Notes: a model not told the origin generated them from the sequence alone. DNA of 60,021 nucleotides, filler included, from 9 parts of 9 records of this genome joined end to end with filler, not necessarily neighbours in it, one strand, 5' to 3'; numbered from the whole stretch's first letter, positions 1 through 9,168 are shown. Numbers and translations are program-made.

Positions 1-1002
1 GAGCCCTAAGGGCTCGACCCGGGTGTCAAAATTTCAGAATTCAAATTTGAAACCGCTGATTCAAATTCCCGCTACTCAGTCGCCGAACCACCGACCACTC
101 AACCGCTTTGCCTTGCATTTGTCAAATTTTGCATTTGTTGGAAGCCTGTATTGATTGTTATCCAGAATCCAGCGGCCTTCAAATCCAGTTCTGTCGTTCC
201 AAATTCCCAAATACTCCTCGAGTTTGCCGAACGCCAAATCGGAGCCCTGCCTTGTATTCGCATTTCACTTAGGTATCAGGCTTGCCGCATTTTTACTGTT
301 TAGTGTGTGATAGAGCATCACCAAATTTTGCATTTATTTCCGCAAAGATTGAGGTCTCCTGCGTTTAACATTTTTGGCAGACTCCAATACGTGTGGATGT
401 GGCCACAATGACTAACATGAAGAAAAAACAGCAAGCCACCGCGAACGCAGTGAAGGGGGCGAAGCGCTCTGGGTTTGGGATCAGGTCCCGTCTTGAATAA
501 GTTGTCGAACTGTTAATAAACCAATTCCTGCATGTTTGGGAGTTGTGCAATGTTCGTGCAGTTTAGAAATATTTTTGTATTATGGCGTTCCCCAGCAGTC
601 GAGACTAAAGATTCCAATGCTCCAATGCAAAATACAGCGCGAATTTTGTTAAGTGACGAGCATGTGGAATTCAGTTGTTGTTCAATCAAATGTACTCTTA
701 CAAATGCACTCTTAAGACACGTTCCGAGTGTGATTCCCGCGGAAATTATATGTGCGTCGCGTCGGGGAAGAGCGGATACAAGAACTTTGGTGTAGAACTA
801 TGGCAAAGTCACAAGCGACATGTTTTGATAGAAGACTTCAAAAAGTCAGAACTCCTGCACATTGTTCTGTAAGCATGTAGTTCTGCTTTGGAATCCACAG
901 TTGCTTTATGCCGTTATTGCAATTTGAGTTTGTTCTATTTCGGAAAAAAAAACAAAATCCAGCAATACTACACGACAAATTTCAAAACCGACTGAGAGCT
1001 GC

Positions 1003-1842
1003 ATGCAGTCCAAAATGTTAAGTCTAAGTCTCAGCATAATTCTATTGTGTTTAACTCCCATTGCACAAATAGGAGAGAGTAACACTAGGGCACATCTACT
1101 GGCGCATAACTATGTAGAGATCCTCGAATCGCCTGAGAATCCGCGTGGGCTCTGTCTGGAAGCTTGCCTGGATATTGACGACTTTAATCAAGAGTTTTCT
1201 GGTGAGCTGCGCGCTGCCAAGTCATTTGTTAAAGGCTTGGAAATGATGGTGGTCTCACAAATCATTCCGGGTACAGATTTTCCAGTCGATTCACTTGTAA
1301 GTATCAGAGCTGTAATGCCTCCATTTGGAATCGCCGGTCTCGATTCTGTGCAGATTCAACATCACTACGAATTGATGTTTCGCGCCCTGCAGGAAACCTT
1401 GCAATATCCCATGTTTGTTGGCCGGAAACCGGTAGACGCGACATTAGTCATGGTTGCACGTTTTGACACTAACTGGACCGGCAACAACGATCTAATTCAC
1501 TTACATGCAAGTGAACGCGATCCAATTCCAGATTTACGAGAGTTATTTCAGCGGATTGAATTTCCAGAGGAATGCCGGCAAAATGGTGTTGAAGGCCACG
1601 TAATGGTGCGTGGCTTGCTGAATGAGGAAGGCGAATTCGATGAGTATGTTTATCAATGGGAAAAAAGTTATCTGCTGGCTGCCGACGACTATGATGAGGA
1701 CGAAACCAGAGAGTATCTGGAAGAATTTTTTGAGGCGACGGAAGATGCGATGGATGGAGCTGCATTTGTTGTGCCGGCGCTGTGGAACTGCGAGCCGATA
1801 AAATGTTGGATATCGATCCCGGTGTTCTTTAAATTAGAGTAA
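1003..1842 (+). CDS. Secreted protein with C-terminal TonB (energy transducer) domain
   Basis: N-terminal hydrophobic signal; C-terminal TonB_C pattern IEFPEECRQNGVEGHVMVRGLLNEEG...PIKCWISIPVFFKL. Confidence 0.7.
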   Translation: MQSKMLSLSLSIILLCLTPIAQIGESNTRAHLLAHNYVEILESPENPRGLCLEACLDIDDFNQEFSGELRAAKSFVKGLEMMVVSQIIPGTDFPVDSLVSIRAVMPPFGIAGLDSVQIQHHYELMFRALQETLQYPMFVGRKPVDATLVMVARFDTNWTGNNDLIHLHASERDPIPDLRELFQRIEFPEECRQNGVEGHVMVRGLLNEEGEFDEYVYQWEKSYLLAADDYDEDETREYLEEFFEATEDAMDGAAFVVPALWNCEPIKCWISIPVFFKLE

Positions 1843-1844
1843 CA

Positions 1845-2402
1845 ATGCGAAATCGAATCGGCTTGTTGTTCTGCATTTACTTAACATTACTGTGTAGTGA
1901 TGTTATACTCAGTGCTTTTTCAAATTCGCAGGAATGCTGGCAGATACCCGTGGCGGAAGCCCCATCATCGGTAGACTATTACGGGGGCGAGCACAGTGGA
2001 CCTCCCGACTGTTTTGAAGGGCCTTTTCCAATTGGCGGCCTGCAAGATTTGCAGGATCGTCTGGCGTATCCGCAAGAGCCCAACGCTGAAATACGCCAGA
2101 AGAGGATCTCGGTTGTTCTAAGAGTTTTGGTCAGTTCTACAGGGACAGTCGATTCAGTACGATATATAACCGATTCAAGTAAAATTCGCGGAACAGATTC
2201 GAGCGCAGCTTACATGCCAAAGTATGTAGAGGCAGCCAAAAAAGTAGTGTTGCAGACAGAGTTTCGCGGCGCAGATGATTGCGGAACACCGGTCGATTGC
2301 TGGATTTCACTTCCAGTCAATTTTAGAAAAAGGGCCGCGATTCAGTTGGGGCGGCTTGAAGCCAAAATTTTTCGTGGTCCGCTGGTGGATTCTCCGCCTT
2401 GA
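1845..2402 (+). CDS. TonB C-terminal domain protein
   Basis: PFPIGGLQDLQDRLAYP...VVLRVLVSSTGTVDSV...PVDCWISLPVNF; starts 2 nt after the previous stop. Confidence 0.7.
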   Translation: MRNRIGLLFCIYLTLLCSDVILSAFSNSQECWQIPVAEAPSSVDYYGGEHSGPPDCFEGPFPIGGLQDLQDRLAYPQEPNAEIRQKRISVVLRVLVSSTGTVDSVRYITDSSKIRGTDSSAAYMPKYVEAAKKVVLQTEFRGADDCGTPVDCWISLPVNFRKRAAIQLGRLEAKIFRGPLVDSPP

Positions 2403-2467
2403 AGCCACGAAAAAAATTGGCGCTCACAGATCGTTTTGCAGAGCGCCTCATAATTTTACCTTGAAAG

Positions 2468-2794
2468 CTACTTTGAAGCGACTTTCTCATCTTCTTTGGC
2501 AGCTTCTTTGGATGGCGCGGCCAACAGTTTCAAATTTTCATTGATAGCGCTGTCGATTTTCTTGCGAATCAGGCGGCCCATGAAACTGAGTTCCAGGTCC
2601 AGGTCGAGTTTGTTATCATCTACAATCAATTCACCGCTGGCGAAGCGCGACTCAATGCGCAGCTTATTGCCTTTCCATTCCATAACATTAAACAGGCTGC
2701 GGACTTCCTTGCGGTTTACGAACATCTTATCGATCGTCTCACGCATTTCGTTTGCATCTTTTTCGGTTGCGATATTACGCTGTATTCTAGCCAT
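2468..2794 (-). CDS. Polyhydroxyalkanoic acid system (PHA_gran_rgn)-like small protein
   Basis: ATG at 2794 after GAAGG; WKGNKLRIES-x-GELIVDDNKLDLDLELSFMGRLIRKKID resembles this family. Confidence 0.55.
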   Translation of the reverse strand: MARIQRNIATEKDANEMRETIDKMFVNRKEVRSLFNVMEWKGNKLRIESRFASGELIVDDNKLDLDLELSFMGRLIRKKIDSAINENLKLLAAPSKEAAKEDEKVASK

Positions 2795-2984
2795 CCTTCT
2801 CTCCAAAATTTGATTCTTGCATGCCTTACGCAGCAGGCAGGTGGAAGTTACTCTTTGTCCGGCGTTTGATCAAGAACCAGCATTTCCGTAATTTGCGAAT
2901 CTATTCTGTTGTGCCGCAGCCAAATCTGAGCTCCTGCACATCAGGTCCATCTGAATGTCGTACCAATGCTGAAGTGATTTTCGC

Positions 2985-4238
2985 ATGAATATTCACGAAT
3001 ACCAGGCCAAGGAACTGCTCCGCAGCTTTGATGTACCGGTTCCTTACGGTGTTATGGTTTCCACGCCGGAAGATGCCGGTGGACGTACCTTTGAGGATTT
3101 TGTCGCAAAAGGCACAGAAGTTGTTGTGCTGAAATCACAGATCCATGCTGGTGGACGTGGCAAAGGTCACTTCATCAACACCGAAAGTGGTGAAGCCATC
3201 GAGATGGACGGCAAACCGCTGCGCGGCGTTAATGTCATCCACAGTGGCAATATTGCAGACAAAGTCTACCAATACGCCAAGGCGATGCACAATAACACGC
3301 TCGTCACGATCCAGACCGGCGATGCCGGTAAAGTCGTTAGCCGCTTCCTGATCGAAGAAGGCCTGGACATTGCTAAAGAATTCTACCTTAGCATCCTGCT
3401 CGACCGCGCTACTTCGCGTAACATCGTCATGGCGTCCACCGAAGGTGGCGTTGAGATTGAGACGGTTGCCGAGGAATCACCAGAGAAAATTCTGAAAGAA
3501 ACGATTGATCCTGCAATCGGCTGGCAAGGGTACCAGGCTCGTCGCCTGGCGTTTAACCTGGGCCTGAGCGGCGCAGCGTTCAAGAGTTTTGTCAAATTTA
3601 TTGGCAAGCTGGTTCACGCCTACGAGTCACTCGACTGCACAATGCTTGAAATCAACCCCTTGGTTCTGACGGGCGATGACAAAATCATTGCACTCGACGC
3701 CAAAGTTGACATCGACGACAACGCAATGTACCGTCATCCAAATGTTGCTGAACTGCGCGACCTGGCTGAAGAAGATCCACTTGAAATCGAAGCCTCAAAG
3801 TACGACCTCAACTATATCAAGCTGGACGGTAACGTTGGTTGTATGGTTAACGGTGCCGGACTGGCCATGGGCACGATGGACATTATCAAACTCGCCGGTG
3901 GTGAACCTGCCAACTTCCTGGACGTAGGTGGTGGAGCAAATGTGGAGCGTATCTCGAATGCGTTCCGCCTGATGCTCAGCGATCCAAATGTTCAGGTTGT
4001 GCTGATCAACATCTTCGGCGGTATCGTCCGCTGTGATCGCGTCGCCAACGGTATCATCGAAGCCATGAAAGTTGTAGACGTCAACCTGCCGCTGATCGTC
4101 CGTCTGGACGGTACCAACGCAGTTGAAGCTCGTGAGATTCTCGAGAAATCAGACCTCGAATTCTCCGTAGCCACGACGCTCAAAGAAGCCGCTGAGAAAG
4201 TCACTGAGGCCGTCTCCTCGGTGGCAGCAGTAGCCTAA
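2985..4238 (+). CDS. sucC: Succinate-CoA ligase beta subunit
   Basis: MNIHEYQAKELL, KSQIHAGGRGKG, EINPL, GCMVNGAGLAMGTMDIIK, PANFLDVGGGA, NIFGGIVRCD motifs. Confidence 0.98.
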   Translation: MNIHEYQAKELLRSFDVPVPYGVMVSTPEDAGGRTFEDFVAKGTEVVVLKSQIHAGGRGKGHFINTESGEAIEMDGKPLRGVNVIHSGNIADKVYQYAKAMHNNTLVTIQTGDAGKVVSRFLIEEGLDIAKEFYLSILLDRATSRNIVMASTEGGVEIETVAEESPEKILKETIDPAIGWQGYQARRLAFNLGLSGAAFKSFVKFIGKLVHAYESLDCTMLEINPLVLTGDDKIIALDAKVDIDDNAMYRHPNVAELRDLAEEDPLEIEASKYDLNYIKLDGNVGCMVNGAGLAMGTMDIIKLAGGEPANFLDVGGGANVERISNAFRLMLSDPNVQVVLINIFGGIVRCDRVANGIIEAMKVVDVNLPLIVRLDGTNAVEAREILEKSDLEFSVATTLKEAAEKVTEAVSSVAAVA

Positions 4239-4276
4239 ATCAGGTGCTGCGCGCCAAAGTGCGCATAGAAAACTCT

Positions 4277-4326
4277 AAACGGGATGTTGTGATGTGTGCC
4301 TATTCGGCCGCTCCGGCATCCCGTTT
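4277..4326 (+). terminator. Inverted repeat after sucC, possible terminator
   Basis: AAACGGGATG...CATCCCGTTT 10-bp stem with a 30-nt loop, about 40 nt after the sucC stop. Confidence 0.4.
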
Positions 4327-4462
4327 GTGGTTCCGGGCTGTGCGGCAGGGCAAATGCCGCTGCCCCCGCACACTCATTTTATAGCGTGCTCGTCCACAGG
4401 CCTGTGGCACGCGTGCCTCCGGCGCACATCAACTCTGCAATTGGCTGAAAAGCAAAAAGCGT

Positions 4463-5782
4463 ATGCTAAGATTCGATTGGTCCCACATGTCCAGATTCGC
4501 GGGACGTGCAGTGCAGCTATTCTGCATTGTACTCCTCGCCTGTATTTGCCTGCAGTCGGCAGCCGAGGCGCGCACCTTCCGCGAAACCGAATTGCTCTCC
4601 GGCGCTGAGCCTCTGTTTGATTACGGCATGGACACAACGGATAACTGGTGGGCCATCACGCAGCCGTTTTCCAACCAGTACCGACTAATTGTCAACGGTG
4701 AGGAAACCGAAACTTTTGACCGCGTCTCCAAGCCCGTGTTTTCGCACGACGGTTTGTTTTGGCAGACCTTTGCCGTGCAGCAGAACGTTCTGACGTTTGT
4801 CTCGAACATGGGCGACACCTGGCTGGATTATACCTCGGCTGAGCCGGCTGAATTCTCATTGGATTCGCGCTGTGTGGCCTTCACTGCATTTGACAATGAC
4901 CAGGGCTGGGCAGTTCGCTACACAATTGAGGAAACGGAGGACGGTTTCTACGATCTCCAGGAGCTGAAACGTTTCCCGGTACTTAACAAAATTAGTCGGC
5001 TGTTCCTGGCTCCCAAAGGTGAGCATGTAGCCTACGTTGGCCGGCGTGGGGATGGACAGGTCGTGGCAATTGACGATCGTGAATTGGCGGTTTATGACAA
5101 CATTGAGCCTTTTGGTTTTTTGACTGACGGCTCGTTTCTGTATGCTGCGCGCCTCGGTGACTTGTGGCGTTTATATCGCGATGAGAATCCAATTACGGCC
5201 AGTTTTAACTCAATTAGCAATGGCGTGTTTAACCAAAATCACGACATGTTTGCCTTTGTAGCTGTTGGTGCGGTTGTTTCCTATGCCGTACTACTTCCAG
5301 GTGTTGACGGCGAGCTTGAGTTTGGCGAGCAGCAGGAGTCGATAACTTCGCTCGCGATTCATCCTACATTGCCGCTTGTGGCGTATAAAGTTGTTAACTT
5401 TGGCGCGCCCAGTGTTAAATACGGCAGCGCCGGTTATTCTGCTACGATTGATACAGGTGAGCTTACCTTCAGCCACGACGGTGAGGACCTTTTCTATTTA
5501 GAGTGTGATATTGTTAATTGTTTTATTAATGTTAACGGCAAGCGCTACGACCTCTCCACGACGATTGATACACGCGAGCGTCTGGTTACGGCTCCCGGCT
5601 CAGAGACTTTTAGTTTTACAACATCGGTAACATTGGTGGTGCGCAGTTTTGACGGCAAAGATGTTAACGCCGGAATGATGGTTGACGTAATGGGGCAGGC
5701 GCGCTACAACTGGCGTCAGAACCGCTACGAGGGCCTTGGCGTCATCAACGATCGTCTGTATTTGCTGCACTGTGGTTTGTGA
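4463..5782 (+). CDS. Secreted beta-propeller (TolB/WD40-like) hypothetical protein
   Basis: Signal peptide ending in AEA; repeated FSxDG-type blade motifs (FSHDG twice, FSLDS, LTDG). Confidence 0.6.
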   Translation: MLRFDWSHMSRFAGRAVQLFCIVLLACICLQSAAEARTFRETELLSGAEPLFDYGMDTTDNWWAITQPFSNQYRLIVNGEETETFDRVSKPVFSHDGLFWQTFAVQQNVLTFVSNMGDTWLDYTSAEPAEFSLDSRCVAFTAFDNDQGWAVRYTIEETEDGFYDLQELKRFPVLNKISRLFLAPKGEHVAYVGRRGDGQVVAIDDRELAVYDNIEPFGFLTDGSFLYAARLGDLWRLYRDENPITASFNSISNGVFNQNHDMFAFVAVGAVVSYAVLLPGVDGELEFGEQQESITSLAIHPTLPLVAYKVVNFGAPSVKYGSAGYSATIDTGELTFSHDGEDLFYLECDIVNCFINVNGKRYDLSTTIDTRERLVTAPGSETFSFTTSVTLVVRSFDGKDVNAGMMVDVMGQARYNWRQNRYEGLGVINDRLYLLHCGL

Positions 5783-6088
5783 TATCTGCGCTTGCTTAAG
5801 TGTAACTGTTAAAGTTATTTGTGATGTAATTGTCTTGATTGCAGCGCCCTGCTTGCCTGGCGGCCGGGCTTGCTTTTTGAGTTTCTTGTTAGCTGTAGAG
5901 TGATCAGTTGTCAGCCCCAGATTCTTCAGTTTTTGTCCTGAAGGCTATGCGTCGCGCAGCCAGTGAGCTTCGGAGTCACCCGAGGTCGTGATTCACAAAT
6001 GCATAGATTAATGCCTTGCGTTTTGAAGATCTAGGTGAGTCTTACAAGCTTCGGCGGCTTATCCTACAAATGTCCTACACGCTGTTAG

Positions 6089-6188
6089 NNNNNNNNNNNN
6101 NNNNNNNNNNNNNNNNNNNNNNNNNNNNNNNNTTAATTAATTAANNNNNNNNNNNNNNNNNNNNNNNNNNNNNNNNNNNNNNNNNNNN
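6089..6188. other. Artificial contig linker
   Basis: N44-TTAATTAATTAA-N44; stop codons in all six frames. Confidence 0.99.
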
Positions 6189-6189
6189 A

Positions 6190-6441
6190 AGCAGTTACAC
6201 AAATCTATTTACAGTCTCTGGAGAATTTAACATCCTGTATGCTTTGCCGAATTCAATGGACGTGCGTTTAACCTTGCACGACCTATACGGACGTGAAATA
6301 GCTGAATTGGTGAATGGACATCGTCCATACGGGAGCCACGAACTAAGTGTCACAACGGCAGAAATTTCCCTCGGTGTCATTTTTGTTCACCTCGAAACAC
6401 CGCAGGGTATCGTAACCGCTCGAACGCTGTTGACTCGTTAA
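6190..6441 (+). CDS. 3' fragment of a protein with a T9SS-type C-terminal sorting domain (truncated by contig edge)
   Basis: Frame open from contig start; ILYALPNSMDVRLTLHDLYGREIAELVNG...GVIFVHLETPQG...LLTR is a typical CTD pattern. Confidence 0.7.
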   Translation, partial: SSYTNLFTVSGEFNILYALPNSMDVRLTLHDLYGREIAELVNGHRPYGSHELSVTTAEISLGVIFVHLETPQGIVTARTLLTR

Positions 6442-6470
6442 TGTGAAGCTCAGCAAATGATTGCGATTAA

Positions 6471-6929
6471 TTGTCTAAACGCATTCTATTTCCATCAAGC
6501 AGAGGTACTTGTCCCTTGAGTTTCAGTCATATATCCCTGAATGTGTCGGACTTGGAAGAAACGACCGAGTTCTGGTTATGCACTCTGAATCCCTTGGGAT
6601 TCGTAAAAGCAGATGGTGAAGACGGTGAGTACCAGCGGATCAGCAATGGACGTGACACTGTCGTGACATTCGGTTCCGTTGATCATGAGTTTCGTGGTAT
6701 TCCTGCAAATCAGAAAACTGTGGGCCTTTATCACATAGCGTTTCTGGCGAATTCTAAACAGCAGGTGGATGCATTGGCCAGGCATATCACGGCACTGGGT
6801 GTTCCACTAATCGAACCTGGTGTTGATTACATGGAGTATCGTGGAGGGTATTATTCGTTTGCGTTTCACGATCCAGATAGTTTTGAGATCGAGATCGTGT
6901 TCCACGGGACGCAGTATTTCGATCCGTGA
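6471..6929 (+). CDS. VOC/glyoxalase family protein
   Basis: FSHISLNVSDLE, GLYHIAFLA, YYSFAFHDPDSFEIEIV; true start may be slightly downstream. Confidence 0.88.
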   Translation: MSKRILFPSSRGTCPLSFSHISLNVSDLEETTEFWLCTLNPLGFVKADGEDGEYQRISNGRDTVVTFGSVDHEFRGIPANQKTVGLYHIAFLANSKQQVDALARHITALGVPLIEPGVDYMEYRGGYYSFAFHDPDSFEIEIVFHGTQYFDP

Positions 6930-7049
6930 ATTCCGTAGCCTTCATATGGTAGTAGTGGAGTTGAACACCCGTTCCATTATGGAGCGGGCGTTGTTTAGAT
7001 TGATAGTCGAGAGAGCAGGTTCAAGTATGTTAAATTATGCGCCATCTGG

Positions 7050-7901
7050 CTATAGTGCCTTGAGTTGTTTTACGATGTCATCTACTGTGTGAATAGCAGT
7101 GTTTAGAGCCAACTTGTCTGCCAGTGAAGGACTGAATTCTAGTACCTCATTTTTCGAAACTTTGTGCCAAATTGGCAAAACCACTTTGTGGCCGTTCATT
7201 TCTCGTGCGACCATTCCGTTCAATTCATATTCAGGCCAGTTTTTGTTAATGAAGTACTGCGAAATAATGACAATGCCGTACCGCGACTTAGACAAGCCAT
7301 TGTCAATCATTTTTCTTAAGCTGTCACCAACTTTCAATTCAAATTCGTCGTACCATACTTTGAAGTTCTCATTAATAAGTGTCGTTGCCAGTTCTCGAAC
7401 AAAGTCATCTTTATCTTCCGAAGCATGGGAAATGAAGAAGTCGAATTCTTTATCAGAAACCTCATCTGCTTTTTCGTTTTCAGGCGATGAAAAGGTTCTA
7501 CTAACTAGAAAGTCTAACTGCTCTTTATGTGTCTCTATGTCGATTTGAAGACTCTTCTGAAATTCCAATTGCTGTTGTCGGGACTTTTTCAGTTCCGCTT
7601 GCTCAGCTTGTCGAAGGCTGTCTTTTTTTCTGCCGAGTTCAGTTGTCTTTTCTGCAATCTTCTTCTGAAGGTCTGCGGTCTTTTGCTTTGTGCTTAATAT
7701 CTCTTTCTGTAATCCTTGAATTTGTCGCTGTTTATTTTGGATCGTGCTTGCAGTAGTCGATTGCGTAATGGAACGATTTATTCCATCTATCTTTTTGCTT
7801 TTTTCAAATTCCTTCTTACTCTCTTCTGCAATTTTCTTTTGAAAGTCTGCCAGTTCTCGTTCCAACCGATTGACTTGGTTTTGTAAGTATTGTGGGTTCA
7901 T
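7050..7901 (-). CDS. Coiled-coil plus TIR domain protein (TirS/TcpC/AbTir-like), predicted NADase
   Basis: ATG at 7901 with GGAGG RBS; Q/K/E-rich coiled coil, then DFFISHASEDK, VWYDEF, GDSL, WPEYEL (catalytic Glu position), LPIWHKV. Confidence 0.93.
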   Translation of the reverse strand: MNPQYLQNQVNRLERELADFQKKIAEESKKEFEKSKKIDGINRSITQSTTASTIQNKQRQIQGLQKEILSTKQKTADLQKKIAEKTTELGRKKDSLRQAEQAELKKSRQQQLEFQKSLQIDIETHKEQLDFLVSRTFSSPENEKADEVSDKEFDFFISHASEDKDDFVRELATTLINENFKVWYDEFELKVGDSLRKMIDNGLSKSRYGIVIISQYFINKNWPEYELNGMVAREMNGHKVVLPIWHKVSKNEVLEFSPSLADKLALNTAIHTVDDIVKQLKAL

Positions 7902-7996
7902 GTATCCTCCATAAGCTGTTCTCAAATATTTAACTGGTAATTCTTACCAGACTAAAAATGGTGCCGCTAGATTATTTGTTTTCTAACATAACCGAG

Positions 7997-8164
7997 TCAT
8001 TGTGTTCGATTTGAAGCACTCACAAGAGCTGCCATACCAACGACAATGAGAGCAAAGGCTGCTACTCCAATAAGCAGGTCAGCGTTTTTGCCTGTTGCCT
8101 CAATACAGTAATCGTCTTTGCGAATTTTGACATTCGCACTTTGAATTTTAATCATTTTTTTCAT
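7997..8164 (-). CDS. Small single-TM membrane protein, 55 aa (below ORF-track cutoff)
   Basis: Translated by hand: MKKMIKIQSANVKIRKDDYCIEATGKNADLLIGVAAFALIVVGMAALVSASNRTQ; GAGGG RBS; co-oriented with both neighbours. Confidence 0.7.
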   Translation of the reverse strand: MKKMIKIQSANVKIRKDDYCIEATGKNADLLIGVAAFALIVVGMAALVSASNRTQ

Positions 8165-8192
8165 AATCCCTCATTGTTGAATACTGAGTATA

Positions 8193-8222
8193 AGGTGCCT
8201 CCATTGAATGTCGGAGGCACCT
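8193..8222 (-). terminator. Perfect 10-bp hairpin between the two small genes (weak terminator or processing site)
   Basis: AGGTGCCTCC-10 nt-GGAGGCACCT; poor U-tract. Confidence 0.5.
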
Positions 8223-8249
8223 GTTATAGAATAATTGCAGCCAGAGATG

Positions 8250-8426
8250 TCACTTTTCCTTGCGAACACCCTTGAATGGGGCTTCGTCCGAAGTCTTGAC
8301 ATCAATGAATTGCCCTGTCGTGGTATCCCGCTTGACCCAATGGCCCGTCTTGGGATTTCGAACCTGGGAACGCTGTTTGACGGCCCCTTTACGAGAGCCG
8401 TCACCTGTTGGTTTGTTTGTAGCCAT
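8250..8426 (-). CDS. Small basic hypothetical protein, 58 aa
   Basis: MATNKPTGDGSRKGAVKQRSQVRNPKTGHWVKRDTTTGQFIDVKTSDEAPFKGVRKEK; internal duplicated R[ND]xxTG[HQ][WF] motif. Confidence 0.8.
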   Translation of the reverse strand: MATNKPTGDGSRKGAVKQRSQVRNPKTGHWVKRDTTTGQFIDVKTSDEAPFKGVRKEK

Positions 8427-8479
8427 AATTTGATATCTTGCTTTGTTCATATTTTGCGGTTGATCCGCCTACCTTATTA

Positions 8480-8539
8480 TATGCTGAGAAGAGCCAGGTT
8501 TTTACCATCGGTGGTCAAAAAAAGAGTATTGTTAGCATA
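8480..8539. promoter_or_regulatory. Dyad-symmetric divergent control region
   Basis: TATGCTGA (8480-8487)/TTAGCATA (8532-8539) and TTTTTACCA-TCGG-TGGTCAAAA share the centre 8509.5. Confidence 0.5.
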
Positions 8540-8553
8540 GGAACTATTGAGAC

Positions 8554-9168
8554 ATGGCGGTAGAAACTAAAATAATCGCTGGAACGCGTCTACTGGATGT
8601 GTTGCGGACACAGGACTGGGATACCATACTAAAGAAGGCTCATGCCCACGCCAAAACTAGATTATTCTTCAAGTACAAGGTCAAATCGGTGGATATGCAG
8701 AATAAATGGGCGGATGTATTCGTTGATTTGGCTCTAGAGCAGGTGTATGAAGAGACTCGTAAGTGGAATGAAGCCAGGTATCCGACTTTTTTGGAGTTTT
8801 TTCTTGGTGCGATAAACAGTATTATCTGGAATAACATCAAGAGCGTGTATTCAGATACGCCGTTGAGAGGTAAAAATGAGGAACCAATGCCGGAAGAAGA
8901 TTTTGATAGTGGATATGACTTGGGCGGCGCTATTTCTGATGCAGACTTAGAGCAACGGATTAGGAGCGAATTAGAACAACTTGGTGCGGATGATGACGTT
9001 ATGTTGGTGTTTCAGGCTATCGTGGAAGGGAATATCAAGCGTAGAGAGATTGCCAAGGATTTGGGATTGGAAATGGATGTAGCTAGTCCCATCTTACGGC
9101 GGTGGGCCAGAGTAAGAGACAAAGCTCTCGCAAATCTTGATCTAGTTTCCCATGAGGACCAGCAATGA
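8554..9168 (+). CDS. Divergent ECF/sigma-70-like factor
   Basis: Region-2-like DWDTILKKAHAHA...ADVFVDLALEQVY...RKWN...FLEFFLGAINSIIWN; acidic linker; region-4 HTH KRREIAKDLGLEMDVASPILRR. Confidence 0.7.
   Translation: MAVETKIIAGTRLLDVLRTQDWDTILKKAHAHAKTRLFFKYKVKSVDMQNKWADVFVDLALEQVYEETRKWNEARYPTFLEFFLGAINSIIWNNIKSVYSDTPLRGKNEEPMPEEDFDSGYDLGGAISDADLEQRIRSELEQLGADDDVMLVFQAIVEGNIKRREIAKDLGLEMDVASPILRRWARVRDKALANLDLVSHEDQQ

Noticed and set aside
1-1002. Short ORFs (365-550, 532-795, 675-872) and the GAGCCC-TAA-GGGCTC hairpin at 1-15
   Set aside because: The ORFs overlap and have no motifs or convincing RBS; the hairpin is at the window edge without context
2985-4238. sucC without adjacent sucD
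   Set aside because: Separation of sucC and sucD is common in Bacteroidota and relatives
3145-4637. Alternative-frame and antisense ORFs over and just after sucC (and similar ones over other long genes)
   Set aside because: Shadow ORFs expected from codon bias in GC-richer sequence; no independent coding signal
6133-6144. Recurrent TTAATTAATTAA palindrome within N runs (8 copies)
   Set aside because: Synthetic six-frame-stop linker; ORFs in the track that run through the Ns are artefacts
7050-7901. TIR gene as part of Thoeris, CBASS, Pycsar or SPARTA
   Set aside because: No ThsA, cyclase or Argonaute gene on the contig, and the architecture is coiled-coil TIR
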